Below are positions 60,430-64,000 of a stretch of 64,000 bases of DNA, one piece after another (within the stretch, counting starts at the first letter, position 1; the number at the start of each line of letters is the position of its first letter). The stretch lies in IMG/VR virus record IMGVR_UViG_3300020051_001048. One strand, 5' to 3'. The notes beneath the pieces are model-generated. The model was not told the origin of the DNA. It saw only the letters and a program-made list of their open reading frames with translations, and ran no database searches. The position numbers and the translations under genes were made by a program. Source of the stretch: an uncultured virus (IMG/VR IMGVR_UViG_3300020051_001048). Taxonomy: Duplodnaviria > Heunggongvirae > Uroviricota > Caudoviricetes.

Positions 60430-60817
60430 TCATTTTAGAGTGTACGACGGTGAGGTTTAAAGATTTTACAATGTTTTCTGCTGATGCGAGATTCATCATA
60501 GACTTTACCTTTGAAACACAATCTCTTGCGCTTGATTCATCTATAACATTGTTTGTTACATTCTTGCAGAACATTCTTAAATCAATTCCACCCACCACAA
60601 TCCTACCATTAACTCTTAGTTTATTTGTTATAGCCATCAGGTTTTCACCTAAAGCTTCTGGTTCAGAGTCATCTATAATATTTTGAGCAATGATTAATTC
60701 GCACTCATTGTCGGAGAACTCTTGTAGCTTTTGTGTCAGTGGGACATAATCCATTTTAACATAATTAAATCCACCGATAGGTGCTTCATCTTTCGTAAGA
60801 ATTTGTAATTTTGTCAT
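60392..60817 (-). CDS. Degenerate SAM-methyltransferase-like protein
   Basis: DNECELIIAQNIID..KLRVNGRIVVGGID resembles the class I MTase C-terminal half; motif I absent. Confidence 0.5.
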   Translation of the reverse strand: MTKLQILTKDEAPIGGFNYVKMDYVPLTQKLQEFSDNECELIIAQNIIDDSEPEALGENLMAITNKLRVNGRIVVGGIDLRMFCKNVTNNVIDESSARDCVSKVKSMMNLASAENIVKSLNLTVVHSKMNGFRYEISAVRS

Positions 60818-60824
60818 TTTATTC

Positions 60825-61811
60825 CTATAGTATAGAAGATTGATAAATCTGATTAAAAATCGTATTCCATTTTTCCGTAAAGTTTTCAGTTGTAAATCTA
60901 CTTAACACTGTAGACCTAGCAGCTTTACCCATTTCTACTGCCATCTCTGGATTATTTAGTAGCTGTTCTACATATCCACGTAGTTCTTGTTCATCGTTTG
61001 ATATAAAACCATTTTTCCCATGTTCAATAATTTTTGGTATTTCACATGTAGCGGTACTGACAATCGCACAACCACAAGACATGGCCTCTAATAGAGCCGT
61101 AGGGAGCGGACTGAAGGTAGACGTATTAAGGAATACCGATGAAGACTGATATCCCTTTACAAGCTCTTGAACCGAACTAGCGGCTTCAGAAAGACCCGGA
61201 GTATTTCCAATAACTTTCACTGGAAGCCCCTTTGTAATTCTTTGCCACCCAGAAAAGTTAAGACAATAATCTCTATTAATAAAATCGTTAGCTACGCTCA
61301 ATACAACGTTGTCTCTTTTCTCTTCGCTAGAACAAAATGTTTCTGAGTCAACATTATGTGGAGCAACAATTCCATCACTAGAAAATCCCCAAGCATCTTT
61401 ATTATACTCTGTATTAAATATGTTTAGGTGTCCTTTTATGGATTTTAAATAATTAACTTGCTCATTTGTCATATTTGGCGTAGGTACTGTATGCTCCATG
61501 CAAATTATTGGCAATTTAAAGGTTTTAGAAATATCAAACGCAATTTGCAGTTGACCAAATTTACTTTGAGCTAAAATAAAGTCTAAATCAAGACCTTGAG
61601 GAATAGTATTTTCTGGTAAGATGTAATAGTTACTTGGTATTTTTGCGTAGTTTTCGTCCCACTTCTTACCTTTATTGTGATCGAAACAATAAAAATTGTG
61701 ACCCGTTAGACATAAATCTGATTCGTATCTTTCATGCGTAGCAAAGGTTAAGATATTATATTTATCCTTTTTGCTTAATTTAGATAAAATCTGTAGCGTT
61801 TGATTACTCAT
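60825..61811 (-). CDS. GT4-family glycosyltransferase
   Basis: VFLNTS..PTALLEAMSCGCAIVST..IEHGKNGF. Confidence 0.88.
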   Translation of the reverse strand: MSNQTLQILSKLSKKDKYNILTFATHERYESDLCLTGHNFYCFDHNKGKKWDENYAKIPSNYYILPENTIPQGLDLDFILAQSKFGQLQIAFDISKTFKLPIICMEHTVPTPNMTNEQVNYLKSIKGHLNIFNTEYNKDAWGFSSDGIVAPHNVDSETFCSSEEKRDNVVLSVANDFINRDYCLNFSGWQRITKGLPVKVIGNTPGLSEAASSVQELVKGYQSSSVFLNTSTFSPLPTALLEAMSCGCAIVSTATCEIPKIIEHGKNGFISNDEQELRGYVEQLLNNPEMAVEMGKAARSTVLSRFTTENFTEKWNTIFNQIYQSSIL

Positions 61812-62943
61812 TTATCGCTCCCTTCATTAGTTCTGCAACGTTTTTATAGGAGAATTGTTCTGCTCTCTTCAGTCCAGCAGCCTGATTCCTAGACTTATAG
61901 GAAATACTATCCTTTTTCCAAGAGTTATACAGTCTTCTCATTTGTTCTTTAATATCTTTCTCTGACGGCTGAAACCAATACTCCCTTCCGGTAAAGAGGT
62001 CTTGAAATGCTGCATCATCACATCTACAGATAGTTGAAACTCCATTAGCCAAGAATCCAGTTCTCCAATCATTCCTATCAATAAAATCTCTAGGTCCACC
62101 AAAATTAGAGCAGATTGGAGTGTTGCCAAAGCACATTGCTTCAAATGATGGGATAGACCAAGCTTCTCCGTGAGACGGACATATGAAACAATCGCAATAC
62201 TGATGTAGCGCGTATAACTCTTCTTCTTTAATTTTAGAAGGCACTATAACTGGTCTTTTGTAGTCTGTCGAATTTCTATATAGACGCACATCTTTTTGGA
62301 CTTTCGCAGATAGATTATTAACTAGCTCTTCCATCATTTTTGGATCGTGACCAAATTTACTAACTTTAAGTATTAGAGCTACATCTTCTGAAGATTCAAA
62401 TTCTGAATAAAAACAAGCAAGAATAGACTCAAGATTTTTTCTCTTATTTACATCTCCAATATAGTAAAATTTGAATTTACCCTCTACGTTGGGTACTTTT
62501 ATGTCGCCATATCTCCGTTTATATTTTTCTAATTCAAAAGTATGTGGAATCACTTTAACCGGGATGCCGATTTCATCTTCAATTAAAGAATTTTTAAGTT
62601 GTTCATTTGGAACCCATACCTCATCCATCATTTTAAGGTTTTCTAACCAAGCGAGACCTTTAATACTGGTTGATTCGGAAGCAAAAAAAGCAATATTCTT
62701 TTTAAGCTTGTTATATTTAACAAGATAGTGCGGTAGAACATGTTGAATACAAATATCACAATCAGAAGAATCTTTCTTCTCTAGCGCTAGAAGTCTGCTA
62801 TCAACATCTTCTTTGTCACTAGTCAAAGTAACATTTCTGCAAACAACATCAACACCATTTTTGTCTAAGGCTAGTATATAGTCGGTTGCAGCCTGAGACC
62901 AGCCACCAAATTCCTTGTAATGTCCTATGTATAATATTTTCAT
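61804..62943 (-). CDS. GT4-family glycosyltransferase
   Basis: DEVWVPN, RKNL, DCFICPSHGEAWSIPSFEAMCFG. Confidence 0.88.
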   Translation of the reverse strand: MKILYIGHYKEFGGWSQAATDYILALDKNGVDVVCRNVTLTSDKEDVDSRLLALEKKDSSDCDICIQHVLPHYLVKYNKLKKNIAFFASESTSIKGLAWLENLKMMDEVWVPNEQLKNSLIEDEIGIPVKVIPHTFELEKYKRRYGDIKVPNVEGKFKFYYIGDVNKRKNLESILACFYSEFESSEDVALILKVSKFGHDPKMMEELVNNLSAKVQKDVRLYRNSTDYKRPVIVPSKIKEEELYALHQYCDCFICPSHGEAWSIPSFEAMCFGNTPICSNFGGPRDFIDRNDWRTGFLANGVSTICRCDDAAFQDLFTGREYWFQPSEKDIKEQMRRLYNSWKKDSISYKSRNQAAGLKRAEQFSYKNVAELMKGAINE

Positions 62944-62951
62944 AAAATTAT

Positions 62952-63617
62952 TTATCCTAAGTTATTGTTTTTGTAAAGAATATCTTCTTGCCATCCTTTT
63001 AAATTAGGATTATTTTGATTTGAAAAATTATTATCTTTTAAAAAGCTGTTTAATTCTTCAAACATAACTTGACCAGAATAGATTTCTTTATATGTTACTT
63101 CAGTATATATATATTTAACATTTTTCAGGTAGTCACCAAGACCTTTAAGTGCTAACATCTCAGCGCCTTGAAGATCCATCCATATAATGTCTACGTTTTC
63201 AACGCCATGTTTTTGCATTACACTGTCTAACCTATGACAATTTACGTTTATTTTGTATTGAGGAAGGCTTTCCGCAGTATAAGTTCCATTGTGTTGGAAC
63301 ATGGATGACGCTCCCGGATTTCCGTCTGCGTGAACTGTTTCATTTTTTTCTTGGTCTATAGGATAAAAATCAACTGTGCCGTCATAGTCGCATACAGCAC
63401 CTTCTATTAACTTCACCCTGTCTCCAACTTTGTAATTTTTTATATTGTTTTTACAAATATCTAACGTGTTTGGATTGCACTCAAAAGAATATATATTAGA
63501 GTTTGGGAAAGCATAATACAACTCTATGCTTTGCATACAATCTCTAGCTCCAACATCCAGTATATTGTACTTTAAATTTCTATTTAAGTCTATATTGTAA
63601 ATTAGATTTTCAATCAT
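62952..63617 (-). CDS. FkbM-family methyltransferase
   Basis: ILDVGA, YSFECNP, GASS, IIWMDLQGAE..ALKG, YIYTEV. Confidence 0.9.
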   Translation of the reverse strand: MIENLIYNIDLNRNLKYNILDVGARDCMQSIELYYAFPNSNIYSFECNPNTLDICKNNIKNYKVGDRVKLIEGAVCDYDGTVDFYPIDQEKNETVHADGNPGASSMFQHNGTYTAESLPQYKINVNCHRLDSVMQKHGVENVDIIWMDLQGAEMLALKGLGDYLKNVKYIYTEVTYKEIYSGQVMFEELNSFLKDNNFSNQNNPNLKGWQEDILYKNNNLG

Positions 63618-63653
63618 TATTTTCCTCTAGTTTGAGTTCTGTTTTTTATTGGT

Positions 63654-64000
63654 TTAGCAATTAACTTTAGTTAAACAGCTTGCATGATAGTAGCTTACAG
63701 ATTTAAGCTCGCAGTATTCTGATTTATCAAATCCGTAATATAACGCTTCCCCCCACAGCATATGGTCTCCCCATCTATAAATATAGATACCTTGAGATTC
63801 ATTTACCTTGTCTATAAAATATTTAACGGTATCGTTTCCTCTAATTTTATTTAGATCCCAAGCAACGAGATTAGTATACGGGCCGCCTATCTCCTGCCTT
63901 GGTTGATCTGGAAAAATCTTTTTACAGAAGTCACTAAGCCCGTAAACATTGAACCAATCGTCTCCGCACCATTTTCCATAGACGCAAACTTTTTCATCAA
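63654..64000 (-). CDS. GT15 (Kre2/Mnt1)-like glycosyltransferase, 5'-truncated; absent from the ORF track
   Basis: Manual translation: ...PYTNLVAWDL...YFIDKVNESQGIYIYRWGDH...SYYH..*, resembling the GT15 RWGD motif. Confidence 0.65.
   Translation of the reverse strand, partial: DEKVCVYGKWCGDDWFNVYGLSDFCKKIFPDQPRQEIGGPYTNLVAWDLNKIRGNDTVKYFIDKVNESQGIYIYRWGDHMLWGEALYYGFDKSEYCELKSVSYYHASCLTKVNC

Noticed and set aside
1..64000. Stop-codon reassignment, tRNAs, introns or inteins
   Set aside because: Genes tile densely under the standard code with TAA, TAG and TGA all used as stops; no cloverleaf, split gene or intein motifs seen.

Overview
A 64-kb slice of a large, AT-rich tailed dsDNA phage genome in the standard genetic code; host not determinable from this window. 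The + strand (1-49401) is a late virion module. It holds tandem LamG lectin genes, neck/connector genes, tail terminator, major tail tube, chaperones, a 3770-aa tape-measure polyprotein with apparent cargo domains, a 4091-aa FG-GAP propeller adhesin and baseplate-like proteins, with a recurring GTGTATAAT promoter-like motif. The - strand (49688-64000) holds a Zn-ribbon/ssDNA-annealing/DUF559 nuclease trio and a ~12-kb sugar-nucleotide and glycosyltransferase island (Fcl, WlbA/B/C-like trio, GT2, GT4, GT15-like, FkbM). The main discovery is the 286-nt gap where the two arms converge. It is almost fully tiled by four sequence-divergent but structurally identical pseudoknot units, which covary in both stems, keep conserved AAG/CUU/CAA nucleotides and end in an intrinsic terminator; I could not match them to a known structured RNA. 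All protein calls come from motif recognition by eye, with no database searches.
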